A stretch of DNA of 64,000 nucleotides, taken from positions 69,690,001 through 69,754,000 of the forward strand of contig NW_024704742.1 of NCBI RefSeq assembly GCF_018977255.1, written 5' to 3'. Position 1 is the first letter of the stretch, and each line of letters begins with the position of its first letter. The DNA comes from Callorhinchus milii. Lineage: Eukaryota. Of the stretch, positions 49,301 through 62,046 are shown piece by piece. Position numbers and translations under genes: made by a program. Below the pieces are notes generated by a model. It was not told the DNA's origin and did not search any database. It was given only the letters and a program-made list of their open reading frames with translations.

Positions 49301-50956
49301 AAGCTTCGCTCCTTCCTCTCCTGCCACTCCCTTCTCAAACTGCTCCAATCGGGTTTTCGTGCCGCCCACAGCACAGAAACAGCCCTGGTCAAAGTGACAA
49401 ATGACATTCTATCCATCTGCGACCAGGGCTCCCTCTGCCTCCTCGTCCTCCTTGACCTCTCTGCTGCCTTCGACACTGCTGACCACTCTATCCTCATCCA
49501 CCACCTTTCCTCTCACCTCAACCTTCACGGCTCTGTCCTTGACTGGTTCAGATCGTACCTCTCACACTGCCTCCATTTCATCTCCATAAACGGTTCCTTC
49601 TCCAGCCCCCGCAACATCTCATGTGGCGTTCCGCAGGGCTCTGTCCTTGATTCCTCCTCTTCAATATCTATATGCTCCCTCTTGGTAACATCATCGGCAG
49701 ACAACTTCCACATGTATGCGGATGACACCCACCTCTACTTCTCCGTCTTCACCCTCGACTCCAGGACCACCTCTGTCCTGACAGAATGTCTGTCAGACAT
49801 CAAGTCCTGGATGAGAGCGAACTTTCTTCAGTTGAACATCAACAAGACCGAGGCTCTCCTGTTTGGCTCCCGTCAGCATCTCCACACCTTAGGCGCTGAC
49901 AGCATCACCCTCCACACTCTACCTCACTGAGCCAGTCCAGAACCTTGGCGTCTTGTTTGACCCTCAAATATCCTTCTACCCCACATCTGTGCCATGACAC
50001 GCTCTGCCTTCACCACCTCAGTAACATCACCTGCTCCGCCACTGTCTCACACCGCAGGCCGCCGAAACCCTCATACACGCATTCATTACATCGAGGCTTG
50101 ACAACGCAAACTCCCTGCTAGTCGGCTTCCCCAACTCCTCCCTCCATAGGCTGCAGATCATCCTGAACTCTGCAGCCTGTGTCCTCTCCTGCACCAGGCT
50201 CCATGACCTTATCAACCCCATCCTTGCCCGATTTCACTGGCTTCTCCTGTAGCTCAGTGGTTAAGAGCACTCGCCTTGCAAGCGAGAGACGTGAGTTCAA
50301 TTCCAGGCACAGGGCGAAACCTTGGGTGAGTTTCCTTACTCCACACAGAGCCTAATAATAATCCCTCCAAAAAACAAAACAATAATATATTGGTCATTTT
50401 CAATCTACGACTGTTTGTGGGACATTGCTGTGCGCAATTGGCTGCCGCGTTTCGCCCACAAATATACAGTCAATTCATTTTACAGCATATTCTGTGAAGC
50501 GCTTTGAGACGTCCTCCCGATGTGAAATGCAAGGATTGTTATTATTATTCTCATCACACAAAGGATGCAGTTTAAGATCCTGGTCCTCACCTTCAAAGCT
50601 CCCCATGGCCTTGCTCCCCCCTAACGCCTATCATCCAGCTCGCTCCCTCCGCTCAGTGGGCTCCGGCCTGCTTCACATTCCCCACCTCACCCGTCCCACC
50701 ATTGGCGGGCGGGCCTTCTGCACTCTGCCCCCATCCTTTGGAACTCCATCCTGAAGTCCCTTCACCTCGCCCCCTCCCTTGCCTCCTTCAAGACCCATCT
50801 CAAGACCCTCCTCTTCGACCATGGTTTTGATTTCCCTGCTTCCCCCCCACCCAATCCCAACCCCCAGCTCAGGCACAAAACTCTGTCTGCCCAGCGCCTT
50901 GGGATGTCCTCCAAACGTGAAAGGCTCTATACAAATGTTATTTTGTTGTTGTTGTT
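49301..50956 (+). mobile_element. 5'-truncated L2-clade LINE interrupted by a SINE
   Basis: Motifs QSGFRAAHSTETALVKVTNDI, LLVLLDLSAAFDT, GVPQGSVL, YADDTHLY and WMRANFLQLNINKTE. Closely similar to 26411-27631. (TTG)n tail at about 50941-50956. SINE inserted at about 50246-50549. Confidence 0.94.
50246..50549 (+). mobile_element. tRNA-derived SINE (family A), internally deleted, nested in L2
   Basis: A box TAGCTCAGTGG, B box GAGTTCAATTC, shared 3' body and (ATT)n tail. The L2 sequence ctggcttc|(c)catcacac is split around it. Confidence 0.88.
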
Positions 50957-52309
50957 GGAAAGCCAACAAGAGCTTGTTGGATCCACAAGTTTCCGTTTCC
51001 ACATTGCAAATTACCTCCCCTCCCAGCCCAGGTGAACCAGTGACATTTTATTGCTGCACAAGCCACAGTTAAATGTCTCTATGCAGCCTCCAGCTGAATG
51101 GGCTATTTTTCATGTTGCTGTACTGCTGCGATCAAACAGGCCTCTCTCCTGCCAGCATCACACAGGGACCTTACACTGAACCGTAATAAACTAAAGCCGT
51201 TGTCCACATACAGAGAGAAAGAGAGACACACACATAGGGAGAGAAATGCAGGGAGAGAGAGAAGAAAGTCAGAGAAAGAGACTGCACTGACCTAGTTTAT
51301 ATCTAAAAGAGAATGAGAGAGCGCGCTCAAGACTAACCAGGAAGTGTGTTCATAAGGGGCAATCAGCAGCTGGAACAGGTTAACGGCAAGGGTGCTTGAG
51401 GCCAGGACTAGTAAGAGAAACAGCAATACTATACACAAATGTAGGTATGCTGGAAGGAAGAGATTCTGGTAGAGATTAGCTTCTCTAGTGCATTGAACCA
51501 GCAAAAAAGCATATTCAGTCATTTTACCAAAATTGAATTTTCAAGATAATAATACGAAATGTTATTACGGTCACCTCCTTCCTCCCCCGTCTCAGTGTCA
51601 GGCTCTGCCACCGTTAAGCGCTGTCCCGAGTGAAAGGCACCATATAAATGCAAGTTGCTGTTGTTAAAATAAATATAATAATCCTCACATTTGACGCAGT
51701 GCCTTTGACATCGGGAGGGCGTCTCAAAGCACTTCACAGGAATGTTACTGTGTCTGGGACGCTGTGTGTTTTGTAGGATACTTGAAAAGGCCCCTCAAAA
51801 GAAAAAAAATCACTTGAGAGTCAGGAGTGGGGACATACAGCAGAGAGTAGCTAACTGCCTGTCCAGGAATCTCTTGCTCTTGAAGCCAAACTGACCTGTG
51901 TCTTGTTAACATTTCAAGATATGTCAAGTCTAGACAGAAAAGCTTTTCAGATCTGCGGCACCATTCACTTCCCCCCTCACCACCAACCTCATCTGATTTG
52001 CAAGCCCCTGAAAACCAGAGAGTAATCCAATCCTCTCCAGTCTTCAATACATTTAAAAAGATTCAGATCTGCAATCTCGGTCTAAAATCTGTAATTTTAG
52101 GAATCCAAGCCTCTCCCACACTTCCCGGGGCAACTCTTTGAATATGAAATGCCAGGGTGATCTATGAAAATTCAACTTCATTCATTTAAAATATTTTTTT
52201 TAAAAAAGGGAGATTTGCTCTCCCAAATATTCCTGGGGCTCTCATTTTAGAAGCAGAAATCTCAGAAGTTGAGTAAACCTCCCATCAAACACTGCCCTTG
52301 CTCCATCCT

Positions 52310-52662
52310 ACTTCTGTGACCTGCTAACGCCAACCTGTCCGCTCCGTCCACTCAGCGGGCTTCTGCCTGCTCCCCGGTCCCCATCCGGCCCACCCCACCA
52401 TCGGTAGTCGGGCATCAGCCTCTCTGCCCCTTTTGGAACTCCACCTCCTTCGCCTTGCGCACTCCCTTGCCTCCTTCAAGACATGTCTCAAGACCCTCCT
52501 CTTTGACTGTGCCTACGGTCACCTTCCTTCCCCTAACCTCCCTGCCCTCCACCTCTCCTGATCCCAACCCTCTGCTCGGTTACAAATCCCTAACTGTACA
52601 GTGCCTTGGGGCGTCCTTCCGACGTGAAAGGCGCTATACAAATGGAATTTGTTGTTGTTTTT
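52310..52662 (+). mobile_element. L2 3' fragment
   Basis: C-rich L2 3' UTR ending gacgtgaaaggcgctatacaaatggaatttgttgttg. Confidence 0.83.
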
Positions 52663-54329
52663 GTTGGGAGTGTAGCACTTAAGAAACTCAAGTTGTAGAA
52701 TTATAGGGGTCTGAAATGGACAGCACTCACCCACAAAGGACATTTTACCTAATTAATCCTTTGCCACATACACACAGTCCCTAAATTTTACAGTATATCA
52801 TGCGAAACACTTAGGGACGACCTCCCAATGTGAAAGCGCTCAGCCAAATCTAAGGCTATTATTACCTTACATACATATACATGAAAGAGAACAACTTGCA
52901 TTTATACGGCTTTTCAAGTAGATTTAGACATCTTGATGTTAAAACACAAAGACAGGAGGAAGAGAGAGAGAGAAAACAATTGGCACTTATAGGGCCTTTC
53001 ATATAGAATGAGGAGCATGACTAACATATACGCACAAGCACGAGAGACGGAAAGCAATTTGCTCCGATATAGTACCTTTTATGTAGAATGAATGCATTGA
53101 AGCTCTCTCGCTCTTTCTCTTTCACACATGTACGAAAGACATAAATGAAAAAAATCTTGCTCCTGTTTAGCACCTTTCAGGTAGAATGAATGTTATGAAG
53201 CACTCAACAAACATGATGGGGAGCAACAGCAATGTCTGCCAGTAGTTCGGGAAATATATTTCTTTAATCCATTTAAGGGACAGCTCAGCCTACACTTGTG
53301 GACAAGATACATGTGCGTGCTTTTCCCTCTTACCTCTCTCCAACCCCGCACCGACACCCCCTCCCCAAATAGAATTCTTTGGTCACCAAGTTAATTTTTG
53401 ATTTTCTCACAAAACAAATGTTTATTCAGCAATTGGTGATAATCAAACAAAAATCCTTGCATATGATGCAGCCCCCATAACATCAAAATGTTACCAAATG
53501 CTTTGTATTAAATTGCTGTCAATTGCTTTGTGTGTAATTTGCCTGTATTTATAGGCAAACATGGCAGCCTATTTGAGCACCAAATATGGAATGCTGCTTT
53601 GATGTCCAATCCACAGCATCTCTGACAAACCACTGGAGCTCCAGCCTAGAGTGGCTTATGTGGGGCTAAAACCCACAACCTACTGACCTAGAGGCACGAG
53701 TGCCAGCAACTGAGTCAGGCTGATGCTCCTCACACCGCACTACCCACCTGTTAATGTGGAAATAGGTTTTCCACAGTTCTTACTAAAAACAGTTTCCAAA
53801 TTAACAGCGAGTGGAAGATTTTTTTTCCACAGTTCAACATCATCTTAAATTTTAAGGCATAAAGGCTAAGACCATGTGGAATTTGAGACCTCAGGGTTCC
53901 TTCACTCCCTGACAGAGACACATTTTACTGAGTTATACATTTTCATGATAAACCGATAATGGCATCTCTGAGGGTCAGTCCACGTCTGACAACTAAAGTA
54001 TGGAGCAGAGCTACTCCTGATTCACAGCAACCCAGAGTCAAACACGAACAATCCGCACACAGAGAACTTTTAATTCTTTCATATAACAGGTTAATGGCAA
54101 AATGTGTCCAACCAAGCACTTCACAGCAACAAACAGTGACTGTTTTCTTCCAGACCATCAAAAGTGTCAAGACTTTGCTCTTTGGTCATGCTTTCAAGCA
54201 CCAAACTGCCTCTACCCACTGGCCTCTTGATTCCAACTCCCAGCTCGGGTGCAAACCCTTAACTGTGCAGCACGTTGGAACATCCTTCCAATTTGAAAGG
54301 CGCTGTGTAATTGTAATTTTGTTGTTGCC

Positions 54330-54751
54330 TTAGATCCTCGTCCTCACTTCCAAGGACTTGCATCCATGGCCTTGCCCCCTCCTACCTCTCTGACTTGCTG
54401 ACTCTCTACTAACCTGCCCGCTCCCTCCGTTCAGCGGGCTCCGGTCTGCTCCATGTCTCCCGCCCGACCCGCCCTACCTTCGGTGGCCGGGCTTTCAGCC
54501 TCTCTGCCCCCACACTCTGGAAGTCCATCCCACGGTCCCTTCACCTCACTTCCTCCCTTGCCTCTTTCAAGGCCGATCTCAAGACCCTCCTCTTCGATCG
54601 TGCCTTCGGTCGCCCTCGCACCTCTCTGCCTTCCCTCACCCCTACACCACCCCTCCCCCATGCTCGAGTCCTGACCCCTGACTGTCCAGCGCCTTGGGAT
54701 GTCCTCCCGACGTGAAAGGCGCTCTCTAAATGTAATTTTGTTGTTGTTGTT
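54330..54751 (+). mobile_element. L2 3' fragment
   Basis: Same 3' UTR as the longer copies, intact hairpin agcgccttgggatgtcctcccgacgtgaaaggcgct and (TTG)n tail. A shorter L2 tail lies just upstream at about 54165-54328. Confidence 0.88.
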
Positions 54752-54894
54752 GACTCACTTAAAAACCTTAGAAATGTTAGGTCCATTATGCCTGTGCTCA
54801 GTTCTCTGAAAGAGGTACCTGTTTTGTCCAATTATCCTACATCCACCCCCATTTCTCTTCTTTCTCTTGGGATATTGAAACATTTATTCACAGA

Positions 54895-54976
54895 AAAAAA
54901 CTCAGAAATGTATGCAACATATATATTATATATAAAAAACTCAGAAATGTATGCAACATATATATTATATATAAAA
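54895..54976. repeat. Perfect 39-bp tandem duplication
   Basis: aaaaaactcagaaatgtatgcaacatatatattatatat twice; ctcag at 54901 and 54940. Confidence 0.93.
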
Positions 54977-55321
54977 TCTTAAATGTCAACCTGCACGGCA
55001 GTCAATTGCACACAGCAGCGTCTTACAAGTAGTTGTGGATTGAGTGACCAAACTCTTTTTTGGTAGGGGATTATTACCCCTGAAAGCGATCTGCCAATCG
55101 ATTAACAACCAGGTTCAGGTGAACAGAAGTATGTGGATTAAAGAAACTTGCCTAAGGTTTTGCCCTGCCTGGGAATCGAACCGAGGCCCTCTTGCTTTTG
55201 CGGTGAGTGCTGTAAGCAACACTCTACAGGACTCCATTAAGGTCTGTATAGTCTGTTTGCGCGTCAGACACACAGGTACGGCCTGCGGGTGTAGGTGGTG
55301 TTTTGAGGAGCTCTGCCTTAC

Positions 55322-55400
55322 CTCTCTCCGCCTTGATGCCCAACAGCTTTGTTTAATCTTCCACACCACAGCAGCCACCAGCAGTAGGGACAGAAAACAA
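55322..55400 (-). CDS. ATRN: Attractin, fourth-from-last coding exon (end of transmembrane helix and juxtamembrane region)
   Basis: 79-bp exon translating (S)CFLSLLLVAAVVWKIKQSCWASRRRE. Acceptor ttttgcag (AG at 55402-55401), donor GAG|gtaagg. Matches the attractin TM/juxtamembrane sequence as I recall it. Starts in phase 2, ends in phase 0. Confidence 0.97.
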
Positions 55401-56963
55401 CTGCAAAATATTGAAAGAATAGTCAGCCTTCCACAGGGGAAAAAAAACACTTGTCAGTTTTACATCTCATCACATGGATATGGCTAAGAAGTGCTTTATG
55501 GTAATAGTCAGCCTGGCTCAGTCGGTAGCACTCTTGCCCAAGTCAGATAGTTGTGGGTTGAAGCCACACGTCAGGACATTGAATTCATCGTCTGGGTTGA
55601 TGCTCCAGTTCAGTGTTGGGGGAGCACTGGGTTCTCGGGGATGCCATCCTGCGGATGAGGCATTAAATCGACCACCCAACTGTGCCCGTTATAATAATAA
55701 TCCTTGCATTGGATACAGCACCTTATCACGTCGTTGAGACATTTCAAAGCGCTTCACAGAATATATTGAAAAGTGAATTGACTGTGTATTTTGTGAGCGA
55801 AACACGCAAGCCAATTGCACACCACAGTACCTTCTATCCTATAGAGTTAGAGTGCCACCAATCGAGCCAAGCTGACATCTTCACACAGAGTCATTTGAAT
55901 GTAAGCTCACTCTAGCCAATAGCTTAATTGCACCAAACTACTTTGTCAGAAAAACTCCTCAAGAAAAAAGTCCAAGCAAAGGTTTGTAACGTATCAAGCA
56001 AAAGGATTACTTGGGAACTGAAATAAAACCTGAGAGCATTTCTCTAAACTTTTGAGGGTTGTGTGGAGTAGTTACATTTCACTGAAGTTCATTTAAAGGG
56101 TTTTGGAGTCTTGTAACACCCAGAACTTAACCAGGCAATATTATAGGATTCAAAACCACTGATTTTCGTAAAGCAAAAGAAAGTTTGGGGAAGGACGGAA
56201 GGAAAAAGTATGAATCCCTGTTGACCGCTGTCCCCAAAGCTGTAAAAATGTAATTTGCAATATAGAAAGCAATATTTAAAGAACTTAATGAGCCAAGCTT
56301 AACCAAGGCAGTGGAAATTAATGGATAAAGTTATGACTGTCTCACAGTTCAAAGCTTTTAGCCTTGCATTAGTTGCTTGCACTTCTGATAGCACACTGAT
56401 CCAATTCATTCTGGCTCGGGTGTGGGGGGGGGGGGGTGGAGAGGGGAAGGCGAAAAGTAAGCGGGATCTCTCTGGGACTAAACCAAATCTGTGAAAACAT
56501 ACACTCGCCTCGCAAGCGAGAGGACATGGGCTTGATTCCTGTGCAGGACGAAGCCTTAGGCAAGTTTCCTTATTCCACAAGCTTCTGTTTACTTACTTGA
56601 AAACAGAAACCTGATTGTTAGTCAATTGGCGGATCACTTTTCCGGAGGTAATAATTCCTTCATAAGTATATATTTCTTAAAAATAAGTTGGTCACTGAAT
56701 TCACGACTGTGTTTCGCCCACAAAATATAGTGTCAATTCACTTTACTGTATATGCTGTGAGGCACTTTGAGACATCTTGAAGACATGATAAAACACTATA
56801 TCAAATGCAAAGATTATACAACACAATACAATACAAAAAATAATTATTATTATGTAGCGCTTTTCACACAAGTACATATCAGAGTGCCTCACAGGATTAG
56901 TAGAAGTATTAAGGGGGGTAGGGGGGTGGGGATGGGGAGGATGAAGGAAACATCCACGCAGAG

Positions 56964-57312
56964 ATAATAATAATAATTCTTGCATTTGTTATAGCACCTT
57001 ATCACATCGTTGAGATGTTTCAAAGTGCTTCACAGATTGTAATATTGTAAAGTGGAATGACTATTTTGTGGGTGAAGTGCAATTGCACACAGCAGCGTCC
57101 CACAAACAGTTGTGGATTGATCAAATTTGATGGGATTATTACCACTGGATATTGATCCGCCAATTGACTAACAACCAGGTTCTGCTTACTGCTAGGTAAA
57201 CAGAAGCGTGTGGAGTATCGAAACTTGCTTAAGGTTTCGCCAGAGCCGGGAATCGAACCCGGGGCCTCTCGCTTACGAGGCTAGTGCTCTAACCACTATG
57301 CTACGGGACTCC
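56964..57312 (-). mobile_element. tRNA-derived SINE family A, near full length
   Basis: Minus strand: GGAGTCCCGTAGCATAGTGGTTAGAGCAC (A box) ... GGTTCGATTCCC (B box), CORE-like segment, shared 3' body, hairpin and (ATT)n tail. Confidence 0.9.
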
Positions 57313-59129
57313 AGAGTTAGGGGAATATGGAACAATTTGCTAAAAGCTAAGACCACAACTTTGAAAAATGAACTGGTTAAGAATCTGAAGAGGAATGAAG
57401 TGGTGGGGGGAACCAGGCAGCAGTGTAATTGGTACTAAGTTGCGACACTGTGTGTTGTGATGGTCATAATTCTTCGCAGTTTCCTGTTTTCATAAGTACT
57501 AAACCAGCACTAAGCTCTCCCTTACTCCCTAATTTCACTTTTGCTCACATTATGGCATTGTCTGTTCCACTTAAGACACGTTAGGAGTAGGTCTGCTAAG
57601 ACTCCAGAGCTACAGAATCCTTCTTAATGCGATTCTGTGGAAACCAGTAGCAATGGGTTAGACTAATCCATCTAAAGCTCTATTGATCAATTACGCTATA
57701 GTACATAATGTTACAGTCAGTCATTCATCCACAGGGACCTGTAACAAATAAGTAAAAGGCAGGCAATTTTAGAGGTCGATTGTAACAGGACTCAGTTTTG
57801 AGTCTAATGTCAATAACACTGAATTATATGATGGAGAGAGCTATCTCACTCAGTTAATATAAACGGCAGCTCTTTAAACAATCTGCCAATGCCAACTTGT
57901 AATCGGTTTGGAACGAAATGTTGAGTGAATGACATGAAGCCAGGCTATTAATTGCACTCGCTCTATGTTGGGTCTCAATATTGGTAATCAATAATCCACA
58001 TTTCAGCAGTGTTCAGTAAATTCAGCGCACGTTCAACGAGATTCACTATAATAATCCTAGCATTTGATATGGTGCCTAATCACGTCTTCAAGACATCCCA
58101 AAGTGGTTCACTGGGTTTTTACTTTTAAATGTAGTAACTGGATTTTGAGGTGAATACAGAAGCCATTTTTTGAATTACAAAGTTCCAGTGGAGTGACTGT
58201 GTATTTGTAGGTTAACATAACAGACAATTTGTGCACAGTCATGAAGTGAATGACTGATTTTATTTGAAGGATTATTGCTCAGTCAAAGGATAGCACCTCC
58301 AACAATGTAGCCTTCCTCCAATTCTGCACTGGAATCTCAGATGAGTCTGAGCTCAAATTCCTGCCAAGAGGCTTGAACCCATTCTGACAAAGACAGCGCT
58401 ACAGATAGAGCAAACCCACATCTCACTGCCTTCGCTCGACTGGCTCTGGCCTCCTACTTGTCCCTCGCCTTCTGTTCTACCATCAGTGGCCGCACTTTCA
58501 TTCACTACAAGGTCCGAAACTCTGGAGCACTCTTCCTCTATCCCTACACCTTGCCTCTATCCATACACCTTGCCCAGCCTGAAGATCTTCCTTTTCGACC
58601 ATCCCCCCTCCCCCTGACTCGGCATCGTGCTCCGCACTGTCAAGTGCTCTGGGACGCTACCCTGTGTGAGGGGTACTATATAAATACAGGTTGTTGATGC
58701 TTTTGTCTAAGTTAAGAGAATTTCAATGGGGGAACAAGTTAACAATGGAAGGGGAGGGTGTGTGTGGAGAGGAGGTAAGGATCTCTTCAGACCCCTTATC
58801 CAAGCCACAAGCTAGTCTGCCTAGACTTCTCCCCAGCCACTCTTCCAGACTTAGAACCAACAATGTAGACACTTTGCTTTGAGCCAAAGTAATAGAGAAT
58901 GATTTTATATAACTGCTTTGCAAAGTTATTACTAGTCATCAAAGCTAATGGAGCAGTGTAGATTGTCACACTTTTCAATGTGATGGCAACATTAAGGTAA
59001 TTCCAAGCTCTTTTAAGGACGACGCAGCTCACTGGGCACACAGCACTACACAGAATACAAAGAAAGCAGCTTAAACTCACAAAATGCAATACTGTAACGT
59101 CACAACCAGAAACAGACTAATCAGCCTGT

Positions 59130-59610
59130 CTGGGTTCAGGAATCCACCGCCTGTATTCTCACACACACTGAACTCCATATCCCCATCACACAAGTCCTCT
59201 CCAGGCTCCACTGGCTCCCTATCACAGAATGGATGGATTTCAAGATCCTCTCACTCATCTACAAATCCTTTCACGCCCTGGCATCTCCCTTTCTGACTTG
59301 ATTTCTACCCACTCCACTATCCGCTGCCTCCACTCAGCTGGCTCCGGCCTCCTGCTTGTCCTACGTCACCTCCGTTACACCATCAGCACTGCGCTTTCAG
59401 CACTCTGAAGCTTTGGAACTCTTGCCATCAATCCCTCAGTCTTGCTCCCTCGTTCCCCTCTTTTAGATAACGACTGAAGACCTCCTTCTTCGACCGTGCT
59501 TATGCTCATCTCCTCCCTCCTCCCAACTTGGCATCAGGCTCTGCCACTGTTTAGCGCTCCGAGACTCTGACCCACGTGAAGGGTTCTATGTAAATGCAAG
59601 TTGTTGTTGT
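59130..59610 (+). mobile_element. L2 3' fragment, second tail subtype
   Basis: ctccactggctccctatcacagaatggatggatttcaagatcctc ... taaatgcaagttgttgttgt. Related copies at about 6265-6545 (-), 12975-13197 (+), 46060-46256 (+), 49085-49298 (+), 58425-58697 (+) and 62423-62700 (-). Confidence 0.8.
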
Positions 59611-59837
59611 CTAGTGGGCAATTAATGACTGTAATAGAATGGCCAGGAAGTGTGGCTGAGACCAGGACGCTGGACTAATTTTTTAAAAAAAAACCAGCTC
59701 AATGCTGTGATGGGAGGATGGTATGGTAGAGACTTCATCATCCAAAACAATCTCAGCGACTACAATTGTGGCAGATGGATTTTAGGTTCCATCCTCTGTG
59801 CAAAGACATTTTTTCATAACCTGCCCTTAATAATCAT

Positions 59838-60275
59838 AATTATAATAATAATCTTTGCATTTGGTATAGTTAGTGCCTTACCATGTTGGAAGGACATCTC
59901 AAAGCGCTTCACAGGATTTCTTACAAAGTGCAGTGGTTGTGTATCTGTGGGTAAATACATCAATACAATTGCGCATAGCAATGTCCCAACAATCAGCCAT
60001 GAAATGAGTGACCAATTTTATTCAGAGGATTATTGGCCAGGATACATAGAGAAAGAAACTCCCTTCTCTTTTTGAATAGTGCCACGGTTCTTTAACATCC
60101 ACCTCAACAGGCGGTTGACTTTTCATCTGAAGGACGCCACCTCCGACAATACAATACTCCCTCACCCCAGGATTGCATTGGAGCATCATCTTAGACTATG
60201 TGAGTTCAAGTGCCAACATGAGATTTGAACTCACAACCTTCTGACGTAGAGGTGAGAGTGCTACCAGGAGCCAAG
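59838..60275 (-). mobile_element. SINE family B (Deu-domain), near full length
   Basis: Minus strand has the tRNA-like head, Deu-like core (ggtggatgttaaagaaccgtggcactattcaaaaagagaagggagtttc) and shared 3' body and tail. Confidence 0.82.
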
Positions 60276-61540
60276 CTTGAATTCTTTTCTTCTCTACGGA
60301 CAGTGTACAAGCATCTAAGTTGTTCTAAGTTGTTCTCAATGGCAGTGTAGCTCCCTTTAGGTGCTTGATAGAAAGTGTCATTGCTGAGGTGAACTCTAAC
60401 TCTTCCCCCATAAATATGGTATTGGTGTTGAAGCAAAGTGTTGGATTGAAACAATTTCCCTACTCAAACCTGATAAATTTTTGGGAGTCAATTTTCTATA
60501 CCAACTGAAGTGTCTTCTACCCCCGCCAAAAAAAGCCTACATAAGCTAGAAAGAATCCAACGACATTTTGTGGGAAGTTTTGCCCACAATACATAGTCAA
60601 TTCACTTAATAGCATATATTGTGAATCGTTTTGAGATGTCCCAATAATGCGATAAGATGTTATATCAAATTGAAGTAATCTTATTACTATAAACAACCTT
60701 CACTCCTATAGTGGCTTTCAATATCAGGAGATCTCTCAAATCATTTTACAACAAAGCAGGGAAACACAGAACCAGGAGAGGACGGAGAATTCAGTCATAG
60801 TAATGATCCTTACAGGTCAGGCCAAGGTCTCACATTTCTGTACAGAATTATGACAATTCTTACATTTGTTATCGGGACTTTCATTTCGGAGGACAACAGA
60901 AGGTGCTTCAGGGGATTTAGTGGGAAGTAGAGTGCCTCTGTATTTGCAAGTAAATGTGGCTGCCAAATTCCACTCAGCAATGCTCTACAAACTGCATGAA
61001 ACAAATCACTGATTTTTATTTGGGGGATTGTTGGCCAGGACACCGGGAGAGAGAAACTGCCTTCTCTTTTCTGCTTTCTCAAACAAAGTGCAACAATAGC
61101 TCTTCCAGCGTGTTGCTAACCATACCTCCTTTGTGAAGTCCACATGTACAGCGCACAGAAAGTAATCACAGAATGAAATTCTTGCATTTGATACAGCGCC
61201 TTATAAAGTCATTGAGATGTCTCAAAGTGTTTCACAGAATATACTGTAAAGTGAATTGACTGTATTTTGTGAAGCACAGCAGCCAGTTTGCCTGCAGCAA
61301 GGTCCCACAAACAGCCATGGAGTGAGTAACCAATTTTATTTGGAGGATTGTTGGCCAGGACTCCAGGAGAGGAATTCCCTTCTCTTTTTGAATAGTGCCA
61401 TGGGATCTACCTGAAGATCCACCTACATCCACCTGAATAGTCAGATAGGACCTTGGGTTAACATTTCATATGACAATGCAACATCCCCCAACATTGCATT
61501 GGAGTGTCAGCCATCACGAGGGACCTCCAACCAGTCAGTT

Positions 61541-61555
61541 GCTGCTAGGTGGCAT
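61541..61555 (+). promoter_or_regulatory. CTCF-like motif
   Basis: GCTGCTAGGTGGCAT in a short unique spacer between two SINEs. Confidence 0.35.
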
Positions 61556-61659
61556 CTTGCACATGCTCAATAAAAGAGGTAGGAGTGATATTTACTGCAA
61601 TTTAAACGTTAAAGTTGATATTTTTAGTTCAAGATGCATTCGTCTCCCGCAAACACTTT

Positions 61660-61968
61660 GAGCACTAGCCTCGCAAGCGAGAGGACCTGGGTTCGATTCC
61701 CAGGCCGGGCAAAATGTTGGGCAAGTTTCCTTACTCCATACCCTTCTGTTTACCACTTTTCCAGGGATAATAATCCCTTAAAAATGATAATAATTTGGTC
61801 ACTCAATCCGTAAATGTTTGTGGGACACTGTTGTGCGCAATTGGCTGCCGCATATTGCTCAGAATATATAGTCAATTCACTTTACAGTATATTCTGTGAA
61901 GCGGTTTGAGACATTTCGAAGACGTGACAAGGTGCTATATCAAATGCAAGGATTATCATTATTATTAT
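61660..61968 (+). mobile_element. SINE family A with internal deletion
   Basis: gagcactagcctcgcaagcgagaggacctgggttcgattccc ... ggtgctatatcaaatgcaaggattatcattattatt. Confidence 0.88.
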
Positions 61969-62046
61969 TTGGCTTTGTGTTCAACTTGACTCAACAATGG
62001 CTCAGCTCTACCACTCCTTCCTCTTGTCTTTTTGATCATGTGTGAC

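Noticed and set aside
49046..49930. 294-aa ORF, the longest in the track, as a host or novel reverse transcriptase gene
   Set aside because: It fuses an L2 tail fragment to a 5'-truncated L2 RT region that is out of frame after GVPQGSVL. No endonuclease domain, and the element is interrupted by a SINE.
12639..55400. Assignment to ATRNL1 instead of ATRN
   Set aside because: QLLREMQQ, EEPPDLIGGSIK, PCFGNKAAVLS and PAQPGTCI are ATRN-type as I recall the two paralogues.
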